From: Camelus dromedarius
Taxonomy: Eukaryota
Reading direction: 5' to 3'
DNA: 64,000 nt
Assembly: GCF_036321535.1 (NCBI RefSeq)
Contig: NC_087436.1
Location: 10,540,001 to 10,604,000 of the forward strand
Part shown: positions 45,097 through 58,211 of the stretch, in pieces
Numbering within the stretch: the first letter of the stretch is position 1
How the letters are laid out: every line of letters starts with the position of its first letter
Program-made: the position numbers and the translations under genes
The notes under the pieces: generated by a model
Database searches by the model: none
Seen by the model: the letters and a program-made list of their open reading frames with translations, nothing else
What the model was told of the DNA's origin: nothing

Positions 45097-48000
45097 GTGG
45101 TCATTCCTGAACAGGTCTCAGAGTAAGTTTCTTTTTGATGGGATATCCATTAAGTATGCATAAGAGTCTCACTTGAGTGGCTGGACACGTCTTTCATCCC
45201 AGTGACATTTGCTCTTGTAAGGATTCATTTGCTGTGAGAATTCCCCTGATCAGAGCATCAAATTCAAGGCTCCTTGCATCCATCTCCATGAGAATCCTTG
45301 ATTCATAAATAACCTCTTGTATGCTCCTTGGACCCTATTCACTATACCTTATGTACCCAGGAAAAATGAAAGTCTTGTTTTGTTTTTTTGGAAGGCATTT
45401 TAATGCCTGCTTAAAGATACTCCCATTATGCAAACAGGGCAAAAATAAAGAAAGTGAGAGGCAAATTTTTAGACTTACATTTCTACCCAGGTAATTTCCA
45501 AATTCAGCATTTGGAAACATTTTACGACTGTTGCAAAGACAATGATTACTATCGGGCATTATGTTTTTCCCTAAAATACAGAGAAAAGTCAACGTCTAAA
45601 TACTAGAGAACGTAATGCACACAAAAGCATCAATCAAAAGCACCATTACACCTGGTCAGTATTTGTTGTGCTCTTACTCTATGCCAAGCACCTAATAAAG
45701 GCTTTCTGCTTTCCAATAGTCCCAGGGCTCCCTGCCCAGTTGAACACACTGCATTATTTGCACTTAAGAGAAGCCCGGAATTGTCAATGTAAACACCCAA
45801 ATCCTAATACTGGGCAGTCATTTCCTCTCTCACTCAGCACCACTTCTCTTCCATCCGCCCCTCAGCCACAAACAGCTCTGAAGTGAAATCAGCCCTGGAA
45901 AAATAAAATTCAACAAAATAAAAAGAAGACTTCGTGGCTCAGGAAGTGTTTCTCTCAATCCACCACGTCTAGCCCCAGTGCATTCATTAGGAGGACTAAG
46001 CTTGATTCCCCCTCTGGCCTGCGCAAAGCCACCCTCTGAAGATGGCTCTGTGGCAGAGCGTGGTCTGCAGGATTCAGGGGTCCTGGGAAGAGCCTGGATC
46101 TGCAGCTCACAAAGGAGAGGCAGCTGGCCACAGGCACAAGGCTGGGGTTCGTTCTCCGCAGAGACCCACCGGGGCAGGGTGGGTAAGTGCTCTTCAGGGC
46201 CATCACCTGCTTCTCCAAGGCTTCGACAAGAAAGGAGTGGAGAGCGGGGTTGCATTCCTGAGAGAGGACTGGTGCATGCGCCCTGCCAAAGGAATGGGAT
46301 CAAATCCCCGCTCCCCACAAGCACAGCTGGGAAGCCAACCGGCTGTTCGCACATTCGTGTCTTGTGCTAAGCTCAGGATCTCAGAGTACCATTTCAAGTA
46401 AGAAAAAAATAAGAGCAGCGTTGTGAAACTCAGTATGTTTTCTATGGAAACAAGTTCCAGCAAATTATGTGCTGGAATAAAAAATGCTTTAAAATATGTT
46501 CAAAGAGAGCTCCGTCAGCGTGGTGATAGATTTCAGGGAATAAATAACACTTTTTGGGGAGTCGATGCTCGACAATAAAGCTGGTAGGTGACGGATAACA
46601 GGAATATTTAACAGTCCCTTTTACAGAAACCTAAATTGGATTGAACGTAAAAGTGAAAATGATTTTCCTCAGACTGTAAGTTCGTCTTTTCATTATTTAT
46701 CTTTTGTGATAAAAGGGGCATATGTCGCCGTCCATCTGGATGGGCGACGGAGCAAACCGAATGGCGTGAAACAGAAACGCGGCATGTTTCCGTGAACTTG
46801 ACGCCATGTCACTCACCGATCAATGCATTTATCATTTAGGGAGAAGATGTAGATGTGAGTGGAAAATGAAGTGGGAGACGAAATGAGGCCATTCAATGAA
46901 CTGAAATTACTCAGTCTGGGGGAAGAATTAAGGAGAATGGCAACCAGCACAGTATCAAAATAATCTGAGCTGTACAAACTCTATTTAAATAAATAGGACT
47001 TTTAGTCAAAGAAGCCCGTTTTTCGCTGAACCACTTCACCAAAGTGACATTTGGCGGAGAGGAGGGCAATAATCAGGACAGTGCAGGGCTCAGTGGGACT
47101 CAGTCCAAGCGCCAGAGGGACCGAGCCTCCCGCGCCAGGCATGGTGATGTCATTACCCTAACGGATGACACCTTTCCAGGTTCTGTTCACATGTCTTCAT
47201 GGCGTTAGGTGCACAATAGGTGCTTTAAAAAGAATCCTCTGGGGTAAGCCTACTAGCTTGAAAAGTTTTAGTAAGTTGTGCACCTCTATTTTGACTGCCT
47301 TGAAAATACCCTGATTGATAACACGGATGAGCTGTACATCCAGCTACCTGAGTGAAGAGTCTGATTATACTGTTCTCCTGTGGGTCCTGGAGGCTCCTGG
47401 GGCCAATGAGGCCGCCCGGGAACCACACTGAATTGTCCACTAACTGCTTCATAATAGATCAGTCATGCCCGGGGGGAGGGAGGGCACACTTCAAAACAGA
47501 GCTAAGCAGACTCGGAAGGAAAAGGAACCTGACTGTCCCCCCATTTGGAAGCTGAATCTCCTCTAGAATATTTCCCCCTAAGCCCTCTTCCCGCCTGACT
47601 GAACACCCGAGCGGTTCAGGAGCACTTCTGCCTCATGGACCAGTTCCCCATCCCTTTTATCCCCAGACTGAAATAGTCAGTTCTCAGTATCTGTAAGTTC
47701 TCGTGGATAGTGAAAAAGTTCTACCTCCCTGCAAGACTACTTGTGACCTCCGTAATCAGACTCGGTGGAATCCCTCTTCCCCAGGGTGGTGGGATGTGAG
47801 GACTTGGTCTACGTGCAGAACGCTCCCTCCCCTAGTGCCAGAATGCTCCCAGGACCTTAAGACTCAATGCCTCTCTGTTGAATGATGAGTGAGTGAGTGA
47901 ATGACCAAATGATGGAGCCTCAGACGCTAGACAGTGTGTTTCATGGAAAGGAAAGGAATTATACTTTAGAGAACACTAAGTGAGAGTCAGGAAGGCTGGA

Positions 48001-49759
48001 TTCTAGTCTGATGTCTGCATCTCAGAATCAGTGACATCTTGGGCATATTTTGGTACAAACTCTCTGGGGTTTATTTTTTTCAATCAAAAAAAGAGGAGTC
48101 TGGTTACTTTTAATCTAAGTTCTCATCAGACTCATATTCAGTGTCCTTTAAATTCCAGGTTACACACACCAATGCTACATAGAACATATTTAATCCCTCC
48201 CCTAGCTCAACTCTCCGAATACTTGGGAGGAAATGTGGCTTTCATGCGTAATATTTATCCTCTAAGACATAGCTACATAGGTACCTGAAACAGCTTACTT
48301 GTAGAAAAATCATTTCAAGCCTCTTCGCTTACTTGGGTTGTCCATTTCTTGGAAGGCTTTAGTTTGTGAATAGTGCTCTTAAGATACAGCAGTTGGAACT
48401 AAACACAACACCACTGGCAAGTTCTGAACAGAGCAGACTAGAGGGAGACCATCTCAGGAGTTCTAAATACAATTTCTCCCTCCCACAAATGTTTACTGTT
48501 GGCTGCAAGGCACCAGCCCTGCTCCGGACACCATGGCTGTAGCCAAGGACGGGGCACTTCTCCCGTCTGTATCTTATTTCCAAGTAGGTGTAGACAGGGA
48601 GGATAATTTCAGATTGGGATCTACAGTCTAGATCGTGGTGTTATAGCCAATAATACCAAGCCATGGGACAGAAAGTGGGGCAGGGCGGGAGCTGCAATAC
48701 TAAGACGGATCCACACAGGTGGACAGAGCCAGGCACAGAAAGGGAAAACATGACAGGTAAATGGGATCAGTAAATCCAGTCCCTGAGGCAGACGTGAGCT
48801 TCATGGACCCAGAACTGAAGAAAAGCTCACGGGTACAGAAAACCTGGGGCAACAGTCCTATTACATGTGACGTCACTGTCGTGTGTGGAAGGTAGACTAG
48901 TTCCAGCTTCTCATGTTATATTTGCCGGCCAGGTTGTCCCTGTTAGTGACGGTGCCACAGAACCAAATCCAGTGGAGGGATGATCCCTTCGCTAGAATTG
49001 GTGGAGAGCACGGGGCAAGGAAAGACTGATAACAGTCTTCGCCCAATTACATTTGAAAAAGTACACTCTCCATGAAAAGGTGCACTGGAGGGCTGTTTTA
49101 TTTAAAGGGCTAGGGGCCAGGTGAGATGACTCAGTCTCATGAGAGATTGTCTGACGTGATCAAGCCTTCCAAATACAGTTACATATTTAAGAAGTAAGTA
49201 TACCTTTTGTATTTTCATTCAGAATATTATAAAAAGGGGGAAATATGAATTAGCCAAGGGAACGAGCCCTGTCAAAAGAATTTTGCACTTTGCATTTGAT
49301 ACTGTGCAAGTTTAAAAAATTTAAAGTACACTCTACTTTTAAGTATTTGATTTATTCATCTTGCAACGTATATTTGTAGTCAAGAAAGGAGTCTTAAATG
49401 TGTTTCAAGAGCGCAACTAGGTATGGAAATCTAAAGGGCTTGATTTAGAAGAATAAAAATTAGTCACTAGCAGAATCATTGTTATGGTTGTAAAGTTAAT
49501 TTAGCAGCTGAAATTAACCAATCTAGCAATGTTGGAGATGATTTCTATATATAAATGTGGTATTAGAACAGATTGTCATATCCTTTCCAAAGAATCAGTG
49601 TGGCAAGCACAAAATCTGCATTTAACCTCTTCAGGCACTATATTAGAAGAAGCTGTACAAATGATAATATCAAGTGTAAAGGCAGGCTCTGGAACAGAAA
49701 ATTTGATCATGTATTGGTTTTCTGAAGAACCCTGACTAATATGGTCCATGAAGAGACTG

Positions 49760-51542
49760 ATAATGAGAGGTGGAAGGACCTCAGGGAGATCTGATCACGG
49801 ATGGGAAATTTAGGAGAAATTTTTATTGGAGGTTGAAAAAAAAAAGTGTGACCCTTGTCAGTGGCAGAAAGTTTGGCAATATTGTCACTTGTGATGAGAA
49901 AACAGCTAACGGTATTTACAGGCTGTATGTAATGTGATCCAAAGGTAGAGACAGACGGAAAGAGAACTGGTTTCTCAGGAAAATTCAGATGAAACATAAG
50001 GGAGCCAGGCCATGCTCCTTTTGTTTAGAAATAAAACTATTTTTTCCATCCCCAGTCTCTCCCAGCAGAAGAGTCTCAAATTAGGAAAATGCCCCAGGGC
50101 AGATACCAAACCCTGCTTCCTCGGGTGAATGTCGCTGGGTTAAGAGGACATCAAGGGACAGGCTATAAAAGCTCTTTGGGAAGAGCCTGGAAGGGTTAGA
50201 AGTGGTGCCTCACAAACCCTTTCAAAGAGGAAACAAGCCTTCTCAGGATCTGAAGAGCTCCTCCGGCAAGTCCCCTCTGCGGAGCAGTGGGGATTCTGAG
50301 AATATTAAGATCCTTGTCTCCAGACACTTCATAGGAGGCCAGTGTAGTTGAGTTTATCTTGAAGAAAACTGTGGGTATGACTTCTGTCTGATTAAGTGGA
50401 TTATAAATCACAACACGGGAGACCTACACAACACGTTCAGGGAAATTGGTCCAGGTCCACCTTGACTAAAAAGGACAGAGACAGTCCGAAATGAAGAGGC
50501 CACCTTTTGTGAGCAGGAAGCAAGCTTGAGAGGGCTTCTCATTGGAAGGGCAGATGACATCTTATGGAAAAGAAAGGCTAACGAAAGGGGAACAGCCAAA
50601 CCCTAAGGAGCAGAACCAAGAGCCTCAGAAAACTGCTTCGGGGAAGTCAGAAGAAACCGTGGTCAAAGAATTCGCAGCAGGTGCCCAGCTGATTTCAGAA
50701 CTGCTATGGGCCGGGGGCTGCTGCGTGCCTCTTATTCCTCCGTTTGAATGTGAGTGTGTGCGGAGATGACTCGACCGCTGCATGTTAAGTGTGCAGTGGA
50801 CCAACAACGTGTCTCTTTCTTTCAGAGCTCATCAGATTGAGAACAACTGCCCCAGAACTGCACCTAGGAAGTCTCGCTTACAACCAGAAAGTTTAGGTGA
50901 CGAGATCCTGTACTTGTTAGTTGCTGAAGAAATGGGGTGGGACCTCAGAGGACTTGGGGGAAGGACTAAGTGTAGTTTGCACCCTGGAGTGCAAAGGAAG
51001 GGGTGTGAGTAATGGTGGCCCCAAGTGAGCTGTGGTGGCTTTAAAAACAGGAGCCCCAGATTATTTGACACTATTTCCATCAAAAGGTGGGGTCTTGATC
51101 CACTGCCTTTGCAGCTGGATAAGACTGTGAGCAACTGCTTTGACTAACAGGTTCTGCCTGAGTATTAGATGCTGGTCATGAACAGCAGGGCAGCATCTGA
51201 TTTGTTTGTTGGAAAATTCACACTCAGAATTTGTGTCTGTGTGTAAGCAGTCTGACTACCGTGAAGTACCACACCGTAAGGATGCAAAGACACTCAGAGA
51301 GGCCACGTGGAGGCAGTTCAGTTGGTGGTCCTACTCTTCTAATCCTCCCAAGTCAGGTGCCCAGCATCTGGGTGGATGACCTTTCAGATAATCCCAGCTC
51401 CCAGCATTTGAGTCGCCTCTGAGTCACAGCCACACCCAGCGACGAATCTCACTGTGCGCCGGTCAGATTCCTGACCCACAGGATTCATTTAACCCATTAA
51501 GTTTTGGGGCACTTCTTTACATAGAAATAGCAACTGGAATAT
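49760..51542 (+). mobile_element. MaLR internal remnant plus MLT1-type 3' LTR (about 51032-51542)
   Basis: tttattggaggttg...cttgtcagtggcagaaagtttggcaa (internal); tgtggtggctttaaa...tttgacac...aggtggggtct...atagcaactggaat (LTR). Confidence 0.65.
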
Positions 51543-53039
51543 GATCTGATAAAGAAGTTGGGCTTTACCATGCAAAGCACATAAAACAATTCCTATTGGA
51601 CAATAATTATGGTGTATAAGTGTCCAATAATTATTAGCTATTATAATAAAGATGATGATTATATATACATTAAATACATATTATATACATTTATATTAAT
51701 GTCAAGATTAGAGAAAAGCTGTCTTTACTTTTATAGCATGTTCATTTAGCAAGTAGAGAAGAAAGATTCTCTGTTAATGCTGATTACCAGAATTATATAT
51801 ATATATATACACATATATATATTTGTCACATATGATAAATTCAGGGAGAGAGGAAAACTGCTTCGGGGAATAGTTGATACTTGTCCATCCACATTCAGAA
51901 CTTTGAAGCCTAGAATTTCTCCAACTTGAGGCACCTGGAGGAAAGTGGTCCCCTCCCTTGCTGACATCGTACAAAGGCAGAGTGAGTGACACCTGTTAAA
52001 TACCACCTGTGTGTTAGCCAGTCCCTGTAAATCAGCTAACTGCCAGGGATTTCATATTCTGTTATCCCAATTCAAAGTCAGGGTAGTGGCTTTTTACAAG
52101 GCATTTCTACTCCCTCAGTCATTTCATTGATGTTGCAAGCACTGATGTCTCAAAGAGTAGCAAAAGGAAAAGAAAAAAAAAACTTTTCACAGACCACTTC
52201 ATGTGGAATTGAGCCAGGCCAACACCCCACGTACAAGCTGCTGTGGGTTCAGCAGTTACAGTAAAGTCTTCATTGTGCAGCTGAGGGACATTTAAAAGCT
52301 CTTTGGCACAACATGATTTTGTTAAGAGTGTTATTTTGATTCAGAAAAATGAAAAAAAAATGACCACTGCCCTAAGTGCTCAGATATTCACAAGAAAACC
52401 CTATGTGTGTAAATCCAACAGATTTTCCTATAAAAGTAGCAATGGTCATTTTAGTTTTTCACAGCATGTCCTAGTCTGCATAATAACTAGAGTTGGTAAA
52501 ACAAAAGGAAACTGAGAGCATTACCCCCATAAAGAAGAAGAAAAGTAAGAAGAATTCTCAAAATAATAGATATTTATAATATTCTAATTTAAAAGCCCAA
52601 GAAATGTTGAGAACACTTGGCAATATGTGCCGAGAGCAGCAGTGAAAGATACCATGGACTCTTCTACAGATTCTTGACTCTAGAAAATTCTTGGTTCAGC
52701 AGCCTTAAGACTGACATTCAGACAGTCAAGAAAAACTGTGAGGTGAGGGTTCACTCATCTAAGGCAAACAGAGTGCCAGCAAACTTCAAACAGCAATGAG
52801 TTGTTTTTTGTCTTCATTATTTTTATCATCATCATTATTATAAAGGCTTGATCTATGACTCCACGCAACCTTTTCTATTTCGTCATTGCTTCATCATTAA
52901 TGGAAGGGATTAACCAATGAGTTTTATTCACTAAAAATAATAAAATAGGTTGATGAAAAGCATAGGGATTTGATTCCTCTTCCACTTTCATTTATCAAGC
53001 ACTAATGGTGTTTATTCATCCCAATAAATCTTCCTGGCA

Positions 53040-53240
53040 GTTGAGAAACATTAACTCGTTTTAATTCTCCAAACTTTATGAGGTACTTCTCCCATCTGTC
53101 ATTATTTTACACATGAGGAAACTGAGGCACAGAGGTATCAAGCAATCTTGCCGAGGTCCCACAACTAAGAAGTGGCAAAGGTCAGATCTGAACCCAGTTT
53201 ATCTCCTTCCAAACACATGGTTTTAAGTCCCTGGCTCTGT
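53040..53240 (-). mobile_element. MIR
   Basis: attttacacatgaggaaactgaggcacagagg...cttgccgaggtcccacaactaa. Confidence 0.8.
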
Positions 53241-56200
53241 GCCTCTCCACATAGATGGTCACGTAACATGCAAGAGATTCCTTCTAATTCTGAAGCACAA
53301 AGTTTCTATTATACTCTCACTGGACACCAAACAGAATGCCTGAATGAGACGGTAACACTGACAGTCAAAGGCAAGTCCTTTCCTGCGCAATTGGCTAATG
53401 GGAAGCAGAACTCACTTCTTCCAAAAACTGAGTGTACTATCAGGTCGCTTCATAGTAAATGACCATGGAGAAAGTTGTTTTAAATTGAAACAAGTCATAT
53501 TGCTGGAACTTGAATTTTTAAAGGTTTGTAACTTTTACAATAACACATCACTTTCATATTTTGTGTAACTTTAGGACGATTAATTCTGAGTCGAAATTGG
53601 AAAGTAAAACTGTTACGGATCTAGGCCTGCACAACTTAAAACAGACAGACTTCCAGCCACTAAGCATTCACAGCCCAACGCCCCGGTATGGAATCTTTTT
53701 TAGGAGTAAACGTGTTCAGGTTTACTATCTGTGAAAAAATAGGACCATTTCGGGGAAACGGTGCCTCCCTCAACCAACCTTTGCTCACTCTGCATCTCAC
53801 ACATGAGCTTTCCTGTGCCCTGCAGCTCTGCATGTCCACCAGTTGCCTGGTGCCAGAATTTTTTCCTGAGAAACTCTCTTTTTGATGTTGACATCAAAAG
53901 CACAAATCCTAAAGAATCCACTGCACTCCTCTGCATCAGAGAGCGTGTAATCTCTGGCAGTGGTTGGGGGAAGAGGACCCTCCGCGACTGCCCTCTTTGC
54001 CTGGCTCGTCCGGAATTGCACCATGTGATGAGTGAGGTCGTGGACCTGACAAGTCAGGAAACCCCACGCCCAGGAGCTCACTGGCCTTTGCTTCCTCCTC
54101 CTTCCATTCCTTTAAGAGCCAAGTCTCATCACCACTTCTACCCTCGTGTCACGCCTATTTCAATTATTTAACAGGGCTGCAGAGACAGAGGAGAGAATGA
54201 GTATCGAATAGATGTCATTTCTCATCCCCGCTTGGAGGCTATGTAGGCCGTTGCGAGCGGCTCAGGGTGATGTGGTCAGAATGAGCTGGGGAAAGGGATG
54301 CTCACGCCGCCAGGCTCACCCTTCAGCGGGACCTCAAAGTGAGGGATTCTAAATCCACCTTGGCATCGGCACTGCTCCCTTTGTGCTGCAAAGAACTGAG
54401 TTAAATGTTGGGTAATCAGCAAGGTCTAAAAATTCTGATTAATAAAACATCTGTAGCTACACCTGCTCCTCCCATAAACCTAGACACTCCCGCATCAGGA
54501 TTTTTGTTCCACCATCTTTCAAAAACAATGATCGCGTGGAGTCTCATTAAATCGGCCATGAATTCATCATAATGTTAAAAATCCACACCTGGGATGGGTT
54601 TTAACAATCAACCTCCCTAACTGAGCCCACTATTTTTAAAAAAACACTGACCAGGGTGTGTCAGGAATTACGAATTATTTTCATTTAATAGTCAATAAAA
54701 TGCGTTATTCTGTCTTCCTTATTAATGCAATTCCCCACGACGTCTGTTTTAAACTAGAAAAATTAGTGTGAGTTATGTTAATTTTATTGCTGAAAGCAAA
54801 TAAGGATATGGAAATTTCCTAGTTTTCATTATAGAGAACTATTCCAGTACTATGAGCACACTCCGTGGAATTCACTCCAAGCACTTGGGAATCTACTATT
54901 CAATTTAGACTCTGGGGAGTCATTGGAAAGTGCTCTTCTGGAGAAATGAAAAGAGAATTAGCCTTTCTACCCCCTGGCATGCTCCCTGTCGTGTCAGACT
55001 CACACCTGCTAAAAATGCATTTCACTTGGTGCGTACAGAGCATTGTGGGTAAATGCGTGTGGTTATTCACAGATCAGTGTCTGTGACGGCTGTGCCTGGA
55101 TCCCAGCTCCTTCCAATCTCAGAAGTCAGCTGCTGCACAGGTAATAGTGCAGGAAACAGCTGTAACTACACTTTGCAAAGAGTCACCCAGGGCTCTGCTG
55201 TACTGTAAGTGATGTAACTTCCAAACCAAAAAATGGCTTAAGTGATAAAGAGCGTATATGGAATCACTAAATTGGAAGGTTGTTTGGTTTTGAACAACGG
55301 TTGGTCTCAAGCAAGGACTGGCTCAGTCGTTCAACCAGCATCTCACAGAAGCTGTTTTCTTTCTCTCTGTCCTGCCTGTTTCCAGGGCACCTTCGACATC
55401 TGCAGCATCTCTGGTCCCCTTGAAGAGCCAACCTTTCCACTCAGAATACCCTGTACAGACCTCACACCTTTACACAAACCATCCAGGAGAAGAGAGCAGG
55501 TCTATTCCAGAGTTTTTCCAGAACAATAAGGCTTCTCTTCTCCAGGAAGTTTATGAAAGGCTCCGTATGTGTTACTGATTCTGATGGAGCTGTTTCCAGT
55601 CCTGAACCCATTCCTGGACAGAGTATTACGATATACTGATTGGTTTAAGCCCATCGAGGCCATCCTGAATCATGTGGCTAAGCAGGAGCAGGGCTGGTCC
55701 ACTGAGCATCTGTTACCAGAAGAAGAATGAATGACGGGCCGTGGAAACAGCAGGTGTACACTGAAGGTGAGCCCTGCTCTGCCTGAGCCAGACATGCCCT
55801 TGGGGACCCCCATGGTCTCTGGGTGCCCAGAGTGAAGCATGACCACACGATTATGTGAAAGGAGTCACAGAAGAAAATAAAATGCTCTTACTTTTAAAAT
55901 GAGATCTAGTAAACTTTTTTTCTACATTTACCAGTAAATGTGCTTTTTTTTCTAGGGTACAAGCTGGGGGCAGGGGGCGGTGAGCTATTCAAGGTTAAAA
56001 GACTTTGGTGAAGCCAGGGCTGCATTTCAGGTACGCTGAATTCCAGCCCAGTATCCTCCCTACCAAACTATTTTGAACATTATTACTTATTTTTCCATTA
56101 TTTCCTAACTTTTAATAAAATTCATTCTAGTTACATTCTGTAAATTAGAGCTATTTTTATATGCCATCTAACCTATGAGTCATGAGCAGCTAACTCTAAC

Positions 56201-58010
56201 CCAAACTCCTCCACTCAGAGATTAGCAGCTTTGGGGGTTCTATGAACTGCTTTAAGTTTGAGGATTGTAATTTTGTGCCTTGAAAAAAAAATCACTAAAT
56301 GCAGCAATAACAGAAAGAATGCTAGACTGGCAGTCAGAAGGCCTGTGTTTTTGTCCCAAATTTACCACTAACTAGTCGTATGACATGGGTAAGTTATTCA
56401 TTCTCTGTATGTTTTGATGGTGGAATTAAACACTTTAAAGGGACTTTCTGATTCTGGAATCTTCTGAGCCACAAATTTTGATTAAGGAATGGGAAAAGGT
56501 GGTGGTCCCTTAATGGTAAAGAAACATCAAATTTGAAATTAGATTGGCTAATCTCAAATTAGGCTCTGGTCCTGAGATTAAATATGTTACTTAACTTTTA
56601 TGACTTTCTACTAAAAATAAATTGATAAATCTATATTTGCTATTTCAAATGAAGAGTATTGAAAAAGCCATATATGTATTTTTTAAGTTCATGAAGGGAT
56701 TGCCAAGTAAGAGATCAGTAGCTACTCTGAGTAAGGAAAGCTGGCCCCTCGGACTGTCCTTGGGAACACAAGTAGGAGATTTGGAAGGGATATCCTTGGA
56801 AAAAGGAAGGAAAGTTCAGCATTCTTTCTGAAAAAACATAAGGAAATTGAAATAGAGAGATATCATAAAATTGTGAAAGCAGTAAAGGAAAATGTACATA
56901 TAAATAAAAGTTTATTTCTTTTTGGTTTTTTCCCTCCAAAACTCTTCCAAAGCATGGTTGCCATGGATGGTCAGTTTGAGAGTGAAGGAAGGTTGGAAGG
57001 AAAGGGTCCCGCGTCTTGCACTTTTCCAACACAGCCCCCCCTCAGCTGAGGAATGGGGTGTGCTGATGGGGGTGGGGCAGTGTTCAATACAGCTGGTGGC
57101 TCCATCGCACACTGGGCGTGGCCCCCAGCTGCCCTCTAAGTTCCAAGTACAATGGGTCCTAGACACGTTTCCTGATAAATTCCGTAGAATTATAAGGAAT
57201 GTGTGTTCCAGGTTAATTAAACAGTGGAATTTGCACAATCTGTAATTTCCAGTTACAGAGTATGAAATTCAATTACCCCTGAAGTCTACAAATTTGATTC
57301 CCCTTGTAAGACACAGATGTCCTACAGTTCCAAATCCCTGATGTGAATTAATTGCAGCCTAAAAAGGGATGTTAACGTATGTCAAAAAGAAGGAAAAAAA
57401 ATGGATGATGAGAAAAGTGGCCTACTTAGAAAGGTATGCAAATGAGATTTAAAGACGCTAAACTGGTTAGTCCCTGCACTCAACATGAGAGGGAAAGATC
57501 TGGAGAGGTCTGGAGCTGTGAGCCCCAACAGAAGAGAGCTTCTCCCATGGCCTTCTCAACTTCCTGGCTTTCCCCAGGGGGAGATGAACTAACCCCACCC
57601 AAACCAATTGATTTACCTCCTCGTTTCCATGCTACGAAGGGAAATCTGATGACCAGTTTCCTTTCCAGAACGTTCCTGGAGCTTGCAGTCAAGCATTCCA
57701 TCACAAACAAACAAACAAATCCCCTCCATGTATATATAAATTAATAAATTGACCTACTGCATTGTACATAAACCTCCTATAATTTTGATTAGTCAATTCA
57801 TTTTGTAAGAAATTGATCACCTCTGATTTTGCTGATAAAATCTTGTCTCTGGGATGCCAGCCCGAGGCACACTGTCCTTCAACTGCCCGAGGACCTCCAG
57901 AGCTGATGTTTTAGGAAGATCCTCCCCTGAGCACTAATACCAACTACATCCAAACTGGATGCAATATGGTATTTTGCATTTTGTACTTCCGGGGTTTAAG
58001 ATTAACTAAA

Positions 58011-58211
58011 TATTAACTACTATATATAAAATAGACAAAGAACAAATTTCTACCATATAGTACAAGAAACTATATTAAATATCTTGTAGCAACCTATAAT
58101 GAAAAAGTATACGAAAACAAATATATATGTATGCAGATGTATGACTGAAACATGATGCTGTACACCAGAAACTGATACAACATTGTAAACTGACTATAAA
58201 AAATTTTTTTG
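58011..58211 (+). mobile_element. Short L1 3' end with perfect 13-bp TSD
   Basis: TSD aagattaactaaa at 57998-58010 and 58212-58224; gctgtacaccagaaactgatacaacattgtaaactgacta. Confidence 0.9.

Noticed and set aside
45830..46463. Overlapping ORFs of 86-174 aa
   Set aside because: No recognisable homology and open in several frames on both strands, as expected in GC-richer non-coding DNA.
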